DNA from: Emiliania huxleyi CCMP1516 | Lineage: Eukaryota | DNA length: 64,000 bases | Assembly: GCF_000372725.1 (NCBI RefSeq) | Contig: NW_005202303.1 | Span: forward strand, 186,001-250,000 | Direction: 5' to 3' | In this document: positions 12,181-23,453 of the stretch, piece by piece | Numbering within the stretch: the first letter of the stretch is position 1 | Layout: each line of letters begins with the position of its first letter | Made by a program: the position numbers and the translations under genes | The notes under the pieces: generated by a model | What the model saw: only the letters and a program-made list of their open reading frames with translations | Told to the model about the DNA's origin: nothing | Database searches by the model: none

Positions 12181-13359
12181 CTGAGCCCTGGTGTCGAGGT
12201 GTCGAGGCCCGGTGTGGAGGGTGTCGAGCTGCTGTCGAGGGGTAGAGGTGTCGAGGCCTGTCGAGGCCTGTCGAGGCCTGTCGAGGCTGGTACCACGCTT
12301 GTCCGTGTCGAGGGGTGTCGAGGGGTGTCGAGGGTGTCGAGGGTGTCGAGCGTGTCGAGCGTGTCGAGCGGGTGTCGCGAGTGTTGTCAAGGGGTTTTGC
12401 GTCTAAGGTGTCGAGGTGTCCAAGGTGGCAGGATGCAGTTGCAGCCCATCAACAAAACTTGGGCAGCAGTTGCAAAGCTGTTTCATCCCTTATAGTTGCA
12501 GCCTCTCAGTTGCACCCTGTTGATGTAGCACAACCTGAGCACAACCAGTATACTCTCTGTGGACATTTGAGGACATCAAGTGCCGGGAGTCATTGCCACT
12601 GTGCACAAAGGTGCTGTGCAGGCGCAGCACCGCAGCAGCGTCGCCGCTGCAGCGTCATCACCCCTGCAGCGCCACCGGCGCACAAAGCGCAACTGACCAC
12701 AGCGCTCCTTTCACAAGGCTGGTGCCATGAGTCAGTGGACATTGCCACTGCACAAGGTGCTGTCCAGCAGCTAAGGGCTACAGTACCCCATCGCAGCAGC
12801 GTCGCCGCCGCTGCAGCGTCGCCGTTGCAGCCGAGCGTCGCCAGTGCACAAAGCGCAATGGACCACAGGTCTGCACTCATGGCACAAGCTCACTGGTGTG
12901 AGGATTCATTGCCACTGTACAAGGTGCTGTGCAGCACCTGAGGGCTACCTGAGTACTGCCATGTTTGCTACATCAACAGGGGTGCAACTGAGCCGCAACT
13001 TGACCTAGAACTTTTGAGAGGCTGCAACTGAGGAATAAAAGTACTGCCAGCCAAGTATTGCTGCTGCAACCCTGATTTTCTAACTCTGTGACTCCAAATG
13101 GGTCTACGTCTCTGCTGTGTTAGATCATCAGAGGTGTCGAGCGGTGTCGAGCGGTTGTCGAGCGGTGTCGAGCGGTGTCGAGCGGTGTCGAGCGGTGTCG
13201 AGGTGTCGAGTTTGGCACCTTGACACGGACGAGCGTGGTACCAGCCTAGATGGTGTCGAGGGGTGTCGAGGGGTGTCGAGGGTGTCGAGTTGGCATGGGG
13301 TGTCGAGGTGTCGAGTTGGTGTCGAGGTTTGGTGTCGAGGTGTCGAGGCCAGGGCTCAG
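12181..13359. mobile_element. Non-autonomous DNA transposon (MITE-like) with GTGTCGAG subterminal repeats
   Basis: Same TIR ctgagccctgg (12181) / ccagggctcag (ends 13359). 8-bp TSD ggggcatg at 12173-12180 and 13360-13367. Confidence 0.85.
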
Positions 13360-13917
13360 GGGGCATGGTGTGCGAGTATGGGCCAAAAGCGTCGAAAATG
13401 TCCCAAAAAGCGTGTCTCGAGTTTGTTGCAGCCCAACAGCCGGCGCGCGCTGCCAGGAAGCACCGCTCGCGTGTCGGCGGCACTCCCTGGGCCACCCAGT
13501 GAGTGCCGCGAACCGATCAGACCGAACAGGCTCGACGCCGCGCTCGCTGTGGGGCTGCAACAAAGTCGCCGCCGCGTGCCACCGAAGGCGTCCCGTCGGA
13601 GGTGATGGAGTGTGAGACCTGAGGCTGCGGAGGTGACGCCTGAGGTACCGGCCCGTGCACGGCACAGATGGGCGCGCGGTAGGGCCCCTCTCCCCGCGAT
13701 CTACCGCGCGCGCACCCGCCGCCGCCATGCAGCCTTCTCCAGGAGATCCATCGCCGTCTCGCCTCTCTCTTCGGCACCGCAGCGGCCTCACCCCTCTCGT
13801 GATTCGGCTGCTGCCTCTGAGCTCTGTGGCTCCATACCATGGCCAGATGCCCCTCTGTGGGGTTCATTGGGCTATCCGGGCCACCTGCCCTCGCTTTTCC
13901 TCCACTGTGCGTTGGAA

Positions 13918-14650
13918 TGTCAGGGTTACTGCGTAACCCTTCCTAGCGGAGGCGCGCGATTCCGTGACTTTCCGTATACGCACTAAAGTACCCTCACCGA
14001 AGGTGCATAGGAGTGAATCCGAGTGAAACTAGTCCGCTCGATAACGATTGGGGTACGGGCCCTAACTCGTGATAGGCCACTAGTTTCCCGCAGGAGACTC
14101 ACGGAGACCCTCTTCATCTCCTTCCTCCTCAGCCTCTATGTTCTTCACGGATGCTCTCCGTGAATCCAGACATATGTTACACCTTTTACATCTTTCACGG
14201 GCTTTCGGCAAAGTGCCGCTGCTCCTGCTCGCTGCTCTGATGCGTGCGTCTCCCGCCGCGCTTCTCCCCGCTCACCTGGCTCTGACGCTGCTCTTCATCC
14301 TTGGCCGCGCCAGGCTCTCCTACTGCGCCAGCCTTTCAGCTGCGCCAGTTCTGCTTCTCCCCGCCCACCCTATCCTGCCTACTCTTTGGCTTTGGGGTGT
14401 GGCCCTCTCTATCTGGTCTGAGGTGCGATCCCTCACGGCGCCGCGGGCGGCTGCAGGACGTTGAGATTCCCTCCGGACCTGTAGTATACCCAAGCTGTTT
14501 GAGTCCTCCGCCTTCAGTGGCAGGACCCCACGGGGATGTCAGGGATACTGCGTAACCCTTCCTAGCGGAGGCGCGCGATTCCGTGACTCTCCGTTATACG
14601 CACCAATGTACCCTCACCGAAGGTGCATAGGAGTGAATCCGAGTGAAACT
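13918..14650 (+). mobile_element. TRIM/LTR-like remnant: two ~113 bp direct repeats starting with TG
   Basis: tgtcaggg[t/a]tactgcgtaacccttcctagcggagg...gagtgaaact at 13918-14030 and 14537-14650. TGG-starting PBS-like sequence at 14049 and a short purine run before the second repeat. Confidence 0.55.
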
Positions 14651-15489
14651 TAGGGCGGCTTGTTTGTGTCGCATAAAACCACGCTACCACAGACATGACA
14701 GTGGGATCAAGTATAAGCGATGCGGATGATGGCTGCCACCTGTCGTGTTTGAGGAGCATCGCACACGGGTCCAACATCTCAGCGACATGCATGACAACCG
14801 TCGGTGGGAGGAGGTGTGATGTGTCGATTTGGACAGGAGGATGCACCGCCGGTGAGTCAATGACATGTACAGACGGTAAGTGTGGCGAGTTGCGAAGCAA
14901 ACGACTTATGATCCTCCTTTCTGTCCTTGTGATCTCATGCGCGCATACCCCGGTACTCTGTCTCTCCTCCTCTACTCCTAGGATACACTGCTATATTCTG
15001 GTGACCCCTTTCGCTCGCGATGGCTGGGGCCCGGCCCCTTTATTTGAAGCAAATTCCTGATGGATTTGGGTGAATTAGCGAGGGGTTTCGGCAGCCCCGC
15101 TTGGAATGAAATCTTGAGCTACCACGCCAACTCTGAGTGTGCTTCAAAGCAATGGTGCTCACCGCGCTCGACCCCCCCGCCCCGGCCGCCCGCCCCCCGC
15201 CCCCGCCCCCCGCTCCCGCCGCACCCCCCGCCCCCCGCCCGCCCCACCCCCGCCCACCCCACCCCCACCCCACCCCCGCCCCACCCCCGCCCCACCCCCG
15301 CCCAAACCCCGCCCAAACCCCAGCCTCAAGCGCTCGCCAGAGCTGATCCTGATGGCCCGCCCCCCCTCGCGGCACAGGGCGACGGGTGGTGTGGGTATGT
15401 CGGTGTTCTTTGTGCGGGGCGCCTTGTCGTGCCAGTGAGGCAGACCTTCAGCGCGGCACCGATGGGCGCGCGGGCAGGGAGCGTGAGGG

Positions 15490-15910
15490 TCAAGTGAGCG
15501 GAGCGGACCAAGTCATCGAGCCAGCGAGCCAGTGGAGCGGACCAAGTGAGCGGAGCAAGTGAGCGGAGCGGAGCAAGCCAGCGGAGCGGAGCGAGCCAGC
15601 GGAGCGGAGCGAGCCAGCGGAGCGGAGCGAGCCAGCGGAGCGGAGCGAGAGTAGGCTCTGGGCTGTAGAGCCAGCCACCGAGCCAGCGGAGAGAGCCAGC
15701 GGAGCGAGCCAACCGAACAAGCCAACGGAGTGTGCCGAAGAGCGCTTACTGTACGGAGCGGCCCGCGCTGAGCGAGCTGGCGGAGCGGCGAGGCTGGAGC
15801 GAGCGCGGAGCGAGCCAATGGAGCGAGCGGGCGGAGTGAGAATGGAGGAGCACCGTAGGCAACGAAGCGAGCCAACAGGGCTGCAGCGGGGCCAGCCAGT
15901 GGAGCCGCAT
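15490..15910. repeat. GAGCG-based tandem repeat (agcggagcggagcgagcc)n
   Basis: ~18-mer units visible directly. Confidence 0.85.
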
Positions 15911-16053
15911 TGGCGGGCTGATCAGTAGCTGCGCATTCTCAATCTGCCTGCACGAGCAGGATCTTGGAAGGACGATCAGGGACACAACCGGAGCACTTGG
16001 AGGGCATCGATTTTCGTTTGTGGCGAAGCAAATTCTTCTCAACAGGTGCGCCA

Positions 16054-16992
16054 ATGGGCGTGCAGGGCCTGCTCACCCAGGTCCGCTCCTGCGTCCAGCG
16101 CGTGAGCCTCTCCGACTTCAGCGAGCGCACGCTTGCCGTCGACGCGTCGGGGTGGCTACACCGCGGCGCGCTCGTCTGTGCGCACGAACTGCTGCTTGGC
16201 GAGCCTACCGACCAGTACCTTGCCTACCCGCTCCGAATGATCGACCTGTTCGAGCGGCACGGCGTCACGCCGCTCCTCGTCTTTGACGGCGCCTCGCTCC
16301 CGGCCAAGGCGGCCGTGCATCGCGCTCGCTCTGGCGTGCGAGCCGCCGCGCGGGCGCGCGCGGCGGCCGCCGCCATCGAGGCGGATGCAGAGGCTGCGCG
16401 GCGCAAGACGGTAGTTGTGACCGCCGAGATGGCGCGCACGCTCATCGAGGTGCTGCGGGCCCGCGGCCACGCCTTCGTCGTCGCGCCGTACGAGGCGGAC
16501 GCGCAGTGCGCGTTCCTTGTGCGCGAAGGCCACGCGCACGCGGCCGTCTCGGACCCTAGATGTGGGACACGCACTCTTGTGTTCCGAGTAGCACTCGAGA
16601 GGACACGGCATTCGACCGTATTCAGAGCACACGTCGGCGGCATTCGACCGTATTCAGCCGTATCCACGATGCATAGCCCGTGTCCACGCGGTGCTCCGAG
16701 TACACTGCACGATGCCGTCTCCGCACCCCGCCCCGGTGTCTCCACACCGCAGTGTTTACGCCGCTGTGTTTACGCCGCAGTGTTGACACCGCAGGTGACA
16801 GACGACTCGGACCTGGTGGCGTACGGGTGCCCACGCGTGCTCTACAAGCTGCAGGCGAGGGCAGGGGCCTCACCCTCACCCTGCCCCCTACCCCTAAGCC
16901 CACGCGTGTGCTAGCAAGCTGCAGGCCGGCGGCGAGGCGGAGCTGCTTGTGCGGGACGAGCTGCGCTTCGCCGAGGCTGGCGGCAGGAGCAC

Positions 16993-17045
<53 letters not shown>

Positions 17046-17065
17046 CACACACACAATGCGTGCGT

Positions 17066-17104
<39 letters not shown>

Positions 17105-19137
17105 TGCACGCACGCACACACGCACGTCCCTTCCTTGTCAGGCACCTCTTTGACGGCGAGAGGGAGGGGGAGTGGCGCGAGTGGGAGGGCGGGATGCTGC
17201 TCGACATGTGCGTCCTCGCACAGACCCGCTGACATGTCCAGGACACGTCCAGGACAGGTGCAGGACTCGTCGCATAGGTGCATCCTCGCTGGCAGAGACT
17301 ACTCCTCGCCAGCCGCACGCGAAGCTGCATCGCCAGACGGGGGTGAGCTGCAGACTTGCCGGATGGGTAGGCACAGACTACCTGGCTTCCCTCCCGCAGA
17401 TTGGGATCGCCAAGGTGAGACGTAGCCGAGACCGCGGGAGATCTCGCGAGATGTAGCCGCAGTCACCCGGGCCCTCCTCCCCTGATTTCGTCCACTGATT
17501 TCTTCAACCTGTTTTCGTCAAGGCGCACGCGGCGGTCCGGCGCCACCGCAGCCTCGCGGCCGCCGCGCGAGCGATCGCCCGCACGGCGAGGGTGGGGGCG
17601 GCGGAGGCGGGACGCATGAGGAGCCATCGGTCGGTGTTGTTGGCGGCTCCCTCACCCCTCCGGAGATTGGCTCACAGGCGGACGCGTACGTTCGCAAGGC
17701 GCAGCTCGTCCGCCTCGTATTCCGCCACCAGCGCGTGTACGACCCGGCGAGCGGCGGCGTGGTCTCGCTCTCGCCGACCGACGCCCGGGCGGTGCGGGAG
17801 GCCGTCGGCGCTCTCTCCCCAGTCGAACCTGAGGCCGCTCACGATCCATGTCCAATCAACAGCAGAAGAGCCGTGAGCTAGGCGCCTTGGCACCGGGCGA
17901 GCTGGACGACCACATCGGAGCACCGCTGCCGCCGCCGCTCGACCGGCAGGTCTGCAACGACGCGAGCCACAGCCCCGTCACGCGCATGCCGTACGGCCGC
18001 CCCTTCCCGCTCCCCGACATCGCCGCCCAAGGCCGGTGGGCGGCGGCGCAGCAGAGCGCACCGCCGCCGCCGACGCACATACTCGCGTCGCAGCCGCAGC
18101 CGCCGCTTCCGCCGCCGCCACCGCCGCCGCCGCCGCCGCTTCCGCCGCCGCATTTGCTTTCAGCCGCGGCATCTGTTGAGGAGGCGGCGGCGAGTGGCGG
18201 GGCGGGCGGCGGGGAGGAGGGGAGGGGCGGGCCGTCGGCGGCGGGCAACAAACGGCGGCGCGTTGCGTCGGGGCTTGCGGCTGCCTCGCGCCATCCGCCG
18301 CAGACGGGAGGTGGAGGCGGAGGAGGAGGAGGAGCGGGCGAAGGCGGAAGAGGAGAAGGCAGAGGCGGAGGTGGAGGCGGCGGTGGAGGCGGCGGCGGCG
18401 GAGGAGAAGGAGACGGAGCAGAAGGAGGCGGAGGGCTAGCGCGCGAGGCGCAGGCGGCGAGGAGTGCGTGGTGGGCGGCCGCTGAGTTCGCCGCCTCAGC
18501 GGTGGCGGCGACCGCCCTGACGACCGGCGGGGCGGGCGCGCGGGCGGGCGGGGCGGCGGAGGCGGCGGAGGCGGCGGCGGAGCAGGTCGCGCTGCTGCGA
18601 CTGGTGGTGGACGAGTCGTCTCTCTTGAGCGGGCAGCAGCCGGCCGAGTCGGAGTCGGTGTGGCTGCTGCAAGCGGCTCTCTGCCACTGGCTCTACTCGC
18701 GGGACGGATGGCGCGGCGCTTCGCAGCCGCCTCCGTCGCTACTCCGCACCTCGCTGCGGCTGATGCACTTCCTCGGCCCTCTCCTCGCCGCCGCGCCGGC
18801 GGCGGCGGCGCTGCGGCGGACCTTTCAGCGCGCTGTCGAGTGCGGCTGGCGGCAGGTTAATCAACGAATTAATTAATCAACATGTTTAATTGCTTAATTA
18901 GAGTGCGGCTGGCGGTAGGCGCTGCTCGAGCCTCTCCGCAAGCAGCCGCCCGATTGGACGCAGCTCCGCGCCGTGCTGGGCGGGCTACCGCCAGAGGCGG
19001 CGGCGCTGCGCGACGAAGTCAGCCACCTCCTCCCTCGCCGCGGCGCTGCGGGCGGCGGCCGCATCGCAACCCGCACCGCCGCGCCGGTTGCCGCTCGATC
19101 GCGCGCCCTTGTCACCGCGCGCGCCCGCGCCACGTAG
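16054..19137 (+). CDS. EXO1: Exonuclease 1 (XPG/FEN1 family), multi-exon
   Basis: MGVQGLL...LAVDASGWLHRG (XPG-N), LVFDGASLPAK, VAPYEADAQCAFL, TDDSDLVAYGCPRVLYKL, DMC.LAG.DYLASLPQIGIAKA, VFRHQRVYDP. The 3' exons are less certain. Confidence 0.88.
16990..17125. repeat. (GCAC)n microsatellite in an EXO1 intron
   Basis: Visible directly. Confidence 0.95.
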
Positions 19138-19650
19138 GCCATCTCGACCTACTCGGCCTCACACCCCCTGCAAGACTTGCTGCGAGCGCTCGGCGAGCTG
19201 CTGCCGCAGGTGCAGCCGCTCCTGCCGACGCCGCGCTTGGTGGCGCGCGAGGCCCGCCGCGAGCCAACGAGGGGCGGGTTCGTCGACGCCGGCAGTTGCA
19301 GCGTCGAGGTTGAGCCCGGCGCAGTCGTGCCGCGCGGCGAATAACGTTCGGTCTCAGGTAGTCTGCGTCGTGAATGTGTGTGGGTAAGTAATCTGGGACG
19401 TGAAGGTTGCTCGTTGACGTTGTTGGGATTCGGGCTAGCAATCAAGGGAGTGGGTTTTTTGTGAGATGTGGGACACACGTGGCAAAACTCGTCTGGGTCG
19501 TCAAAACACTGCGCCCGCCGGCGTGGCCGCGTGCGTGCCAGCCGCAGCCCTGCCCAGCTCCGTGGCCGGACCACAGTGGCACTGGCTGCAGTGTTCTTGA
19601 GTGCGACTCCCTCCTCCCCGCCTCTCTCATCTATTTCTCAACTCTATCTC

Positions 19651-20163
19651 TCACGGCACCCGAAAGGTGCCTTGCCAAATCCCAAACTTGTCGTCCTTCG
19701 AGGCCGCCGTCAACCTCTGCCCGCTGCTGCCAAAAGCAGTGATGACAAGGTCGGGGTCCGAGGGCCTAAACTTCCTCGCCGTGAGGATGGCACCGGACTC
19801 CTCGTCCTTTATCCACATGTACTCGATGTACGAGAAGGACGGCGGCGACAGGTTTTGGTGCGGGACGGTGAAGACCACCTTCTTGCCCTGCCCCTGGCCG
19901 CCCTCGAACGCGATCTGAGGAAAGTGATCGGCCTTCTCTCCATGCGCGTTGCGCTCCTCCTTTGGCGTGCCTGCGTCCAGCTGCGCAACCACCTCCTTCA
20001 GGCTCGGCTTCTTCTCCGCTGCGGCGGCCGCCGCGCCCGGCGCGAGCACGCCGAGCGCCAATGCGTGCTGCAGCAGAGGCCTGCGAGACACGCCTGGCCT
20101 CGATGGCTGCAGCGCCGACGTGCCACGGAAGGAGCACAGCAGGAGCCAGCTCAAAGCACGCAT
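19651..20163 (-). CDS. Plastid/thylakoid-lumen-targeted superoxide reductase (desulfoferrodoxin)-like protein with degenerate ligands
   Basis: Signal peptide followed by a VSRRPLL twin-Arg motif, a hydrophobic stretch and an AAA cleavage site. Mature part EKADHFPQI...VPH...SYIEYMW...KDDKFGIW parallels SOR EKHVP...H...HYIEWI...YCNLHGLW. Confidence 0.6.
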   Translation of the reverse strand: MRALSWLLLCSFRGTSALQPSRPGVSRRPLLQHALALGVLAPGAAAAAAEKKPSLKEVVAQLDAGTPKEERNAHGEKADHFPQIAFEGGQGQGKKVVFTVPHQNLSPPSFSYIEYMWIKDEESGAILTARKFRPSDPDLVITAFGSSGQRLTAASKDDKFGIWQGTFRVP

Positions 20164-20639
20164 GCTGGCGGAGCGGAGAGAAGAAAAACCGGGCGACCTT
20201 GTGCTTCAGCTCCGTCTTGCTTGCCGGATAAGCTCACATCAGCGCCACTCGTCCTAGGGCTAACATGTGGCGACGGCTAGCACCACACTCAAAACAAACA
20301 AATTTCCTTAAAATCCCTGTGTGAGCATCTCGCAACAGCATTGGGTGAATCAGCATGGCAAAACCACAAAAACCACAACAAAGCAATGCCAATGGCACAC
20401 ACAAGATGTCTAAAACTCCTCGGAGTCGCTGCCTGGCTCGCTCCCGGCCGCTGGATCGGCGGCGGGCGGCGAGCTCGCCCACACCTCGACTTCTTGGGCA
20501 GCAGCTGGTTCGACCCACTCCCTTTGCTGCCACTCATATCGTTGGGTCGCTTCAGTTCCCCCCGTGGGCCGACCCTCCGATTTTATGAGAAGAGAACAAA
20601 GGGAGTGGGTTCGACCTAGGGTTCGACAGCAGCTCCTCT

Positions 20640-20830
20640 GACTCCGTGGCCTAGGCAGCCGCCCTTGCCCCAGGCAAAGACACGGCGTCGGTGGTGATGG
20701 CGATGCCGTGGTCGCGCCCCCCCGACACAGCGACGACGCGCCGCCCAGCCAACGCCTCGAGCTTCTTCAGCAGCTGCAGCTGTTGGTCGCGGCCTTGTCG
20801 GCAGTATCTCGTCTCCCCCGTAGCCACTCG
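20640..20830 (-). pseudogene. RCC1-repeat gene fragment
   Basis: LKKLEALAGRRVVAVSGGRDHGIAITTD(G)RVFAWGKGGCLGHG read across a frameshift. No full gene. Confidence 0.65.
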
Positions 20831-21181
20831 CACCAGCTTCTAGCTGAAAGAAACAAATCGAGCACGGGCGCACACACTGGCACGCGGACACAGGTACACC
20901 ACGGCAGCCGCCTTTAGTAAGCGACTCCTGCGAGGGCGGCGAGGCACTTTATAGCACTCGACCACCCTCGACGCAGGCAAGCTCATCTGCTTTTCTCCCT
21001 GCCGCAACAAAAGAATCACAAAAACCCTTCACACACGGACACTGCTCACCTCGCGTATTTGTTTCCTTTCTTTACGCTGGGCACGGGGCCGCTTGGGCCT
21101 TGGCAGGCAATGACGTATGACGACGAAGCAGGAGCGGTAAAACACGCACCTTATTCGACTACATGCTCAGACCCAGATCGG

Positions 21182-22063
21182 CTACATGCTCCCTGCGCCC
21201 AGCCGGAAGCCCGCCTCGAAGAGGCGCCTGATCACGTCCGCGCCGAGCAGCAGATCGTGGCCGGTGCACGGGCTCACCGCCGCCTGCACCAGCATCTCCT
21301 GGTCGCGGAGCTTGAGGAGCACGGTCACCACGGGCGCGCGCGTCTCGGCGCCGGGCACAACTCCGCGGATCGTTGTCCAGCGCTCGGCCTGGCCAAAGGC
21401 CGAGGTGCCGAGACCCGAGCCGCGGCGGTAAACGCCATGCCGCTCAGCAAAGCGCGGGTCGATGAGGGTCAGTGCCTGATTGCCTGTGTCCAGGAAGGCT
21501 GTTCCGCCCTGCCAGGCGTAGCCACCGTCTCTGACCTGAATGTGCTCCAGCAGGCCCAGCGTCCTTGGCCCCGCCTCGATGGAGCCTGCCGGAAGGTACC
21601 TCGGCGGTTCCCAAAGCGGATTGGAAGAGCTTCCGGCCGAGCGGAACGAGGAGGACGTAGAGGCGCCAGCGGTGTCTGGCTGGAGGGACATGTGAAGGGC
21701 CAGCTGCAGCTCCCTCGCCTCGTCTTGCTCGGCATGCTCGGCGCAAGGAGTGGCATGGGCATCAGCCTTAGCTTCAGTCGGAGGCTCTGAATCGACCTGA
21801 GTTGGAGCTTTTGCCTGCCTCTTCTCCTTCTCCAGTAGCTTCAGCGCTGAGCCGGCGTCGCCGCGAGTGCTGACCAGCGCCTGCCCCACGGCGTCCGGAG
21901 CAAAGCCCATCTTGAAGAGTGCGATTGAGTCCACCTGGGCCGGTGGTTGCGGCGGAGCAGCGTTGGCCAAGGGCTCCGCGGACGCCGGCCGACGATCAAA
22001 GCGCTTCATTCGTGCGTCTCGAACGAGCGCATTGTTGGGCGTGAGAACGCTGCCAAGAGACAT
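21182..22063 (-). CDS. UBA-UIM-retropepsin-like aspartyl protease (Ddi1-related architecture)
   Basis: UBA (LFKMGFAPDAVGQALVSTRGDAGSALKLL), UIM (DEARELQLALHMSL) and protease motifs AFLDTGN...DLLLGADVI. ATG at 22063. Confidence 0.8.
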   Translation of the reverse strand: MSLGSVLTPNNALVRDARMKRFDRRPASAEPLANAAPPQPPAQVDSIALFKMGFAPDAVGQALVSTRGDAGSALKLLEKEKRQAKAPTQVDSEPPTEAKADAHATPCAEHAEQDEARELQLALHMSLQPDTAGASTSSSFRSAGSSSNPLWEPPRYLPAGSIEAGPRTLGLLEHIQVRDGGYAWQGGTAFLDTGNQALTLIDPRFAERHGVYRRGSGLGTSAFGQAERWTTIRGVVPGAETRAPVVTVLLKLRDQEMLVQAAVSPCTGHDLLLGADVIRRLFEAGFRLGAGSM

Positions 22064-22589
22064 CGCGGCCCAGACGACTCTCCAGACGACTCTCGCCACA
22101 CGCCTGGATGGCTCGACGGGCACGACACGCGACGAGTTCTTTTTTCATTGTGTATGGGGCTCTAACGTACATTCCCGTAGGAGGACTCTGCTGACAGGGT
22201 TTGCGATGAGAAGCGACCCTTTTTATCCTCGATGGTTTCTGTGTTGGACTTTTTTTCATCTTTGCCCCTCTCGGCTGCGAGGCGAGGACGGTCGCATTTG
22301 CGCGAGGCGAGGCGAGCATTGCTACGCGTTGCATGCGCCATGACTCGCGCCAGCGCGTGCGGAAGCTCCTGGCTGAGCGTTGAGTCCAGGCGAGTTGCGC
22401 TGGCCACGATCGCTACCACGCCGAGCGGAGCTGACGCGCCGAGGCGCCGGCCAGTCGCAGCCGTGAGGCATGCCACAGCAGCAGAGGCACCTGCCACCCA
22501 TTTGGCGGGCAGACAGAAGGCCAGGGCAGCACTGGCAAGTGCAACGCGCCTCATGTCGGAGAGCGACCGTGCCTCGTTCGCGCTTATCA

Positions 22590-22754
22590 TGTAGAGTTTG
22601 TTGTAGAGATTTCACGTTGTAGAGCGCCTCTACATCGCTCTTCAACGCAGGCGCTTCGTTACGCGGCGAATGTAGAGCTCTACAGCTCTACAGCGCTCCA
22701 GAGCGCTCTACAGCTCTACAGATCTACAGCGCTCTCACACTCTACAGCTGCCAA

Positions 22755-22792
<38 letters not shown>
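22590..22792. repeat. GTAGAG/CTCTAC motif cluster plus (TC)n
   Basis: gtagag copies on the left, ctctac copies on the right, then (tc)n at ~22757-22792. Confidence 0.6.
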
Positions 22793-22795
<3 letters not shown>

Positions 22796-23453
22796 AGTCT
22801 TGTCGGTTGGACTTGGAGCACTTGGAGTTGGCCTATGTGTTTGTTGATGTTGATTGTTGTCGCTCAGTTGTCGCTTGTCGGGCGGGGCCTTGATGCTTGA
22901 ATGAACGCCAACAAAAAAGAGCTACATACACTGAAAAAGACAGCCGACGGAGCTGCATTTCAGATTTTTAGCAAATGCCCGTGTTGACCTGTATGAGAGA
23001 GAGAGAGAGCCTGGAGAGAGCTTTTCAGAGAGATTTTCAGTGTATGTAGCTCTTACGAACAAGAAAACCAACAAGAAATCACGACTCTCACAGTGATTTG
23101 GGCTCGGCAGCTTGTCAGCCCTCAGCCGAAGCTGGGGCCGGTCCCGTAGCCGAGAGAGCCCGCGCCGTGAGTTCGACGCGGTCGGGAGGCCTTGCGGAGA
23201 GGCCAGCGAGGTGGCGATCGCTGTACTTCATGGTCGTCCTCTTCTTTTCAGAAGAAGCCAACAAAAAAATTGGTGGGCCGGCGCGGCGCGGCCTCGGCGC
23301 TTTCGCAGACCGCCCGCCGAGGCGGTTCATAACTCTGCTCGCAAAAAGAACTAAAGCAGGCATACGCGGGATAATCCCGGACAAGGCCCTTCGGCCGTCA
23401 AGTGCTCACAATTGCCTCGCCCGCGTCTATCGCCCTTGTCCCCCAGCGACGCC

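Noticed and set aside
15170..15325. Telomeric or functional C-rich repeat
   Set aside because: Irregular low-complexity (cccc[a/g])n, not a fixed telomere unit; G-quadruplex potential only.
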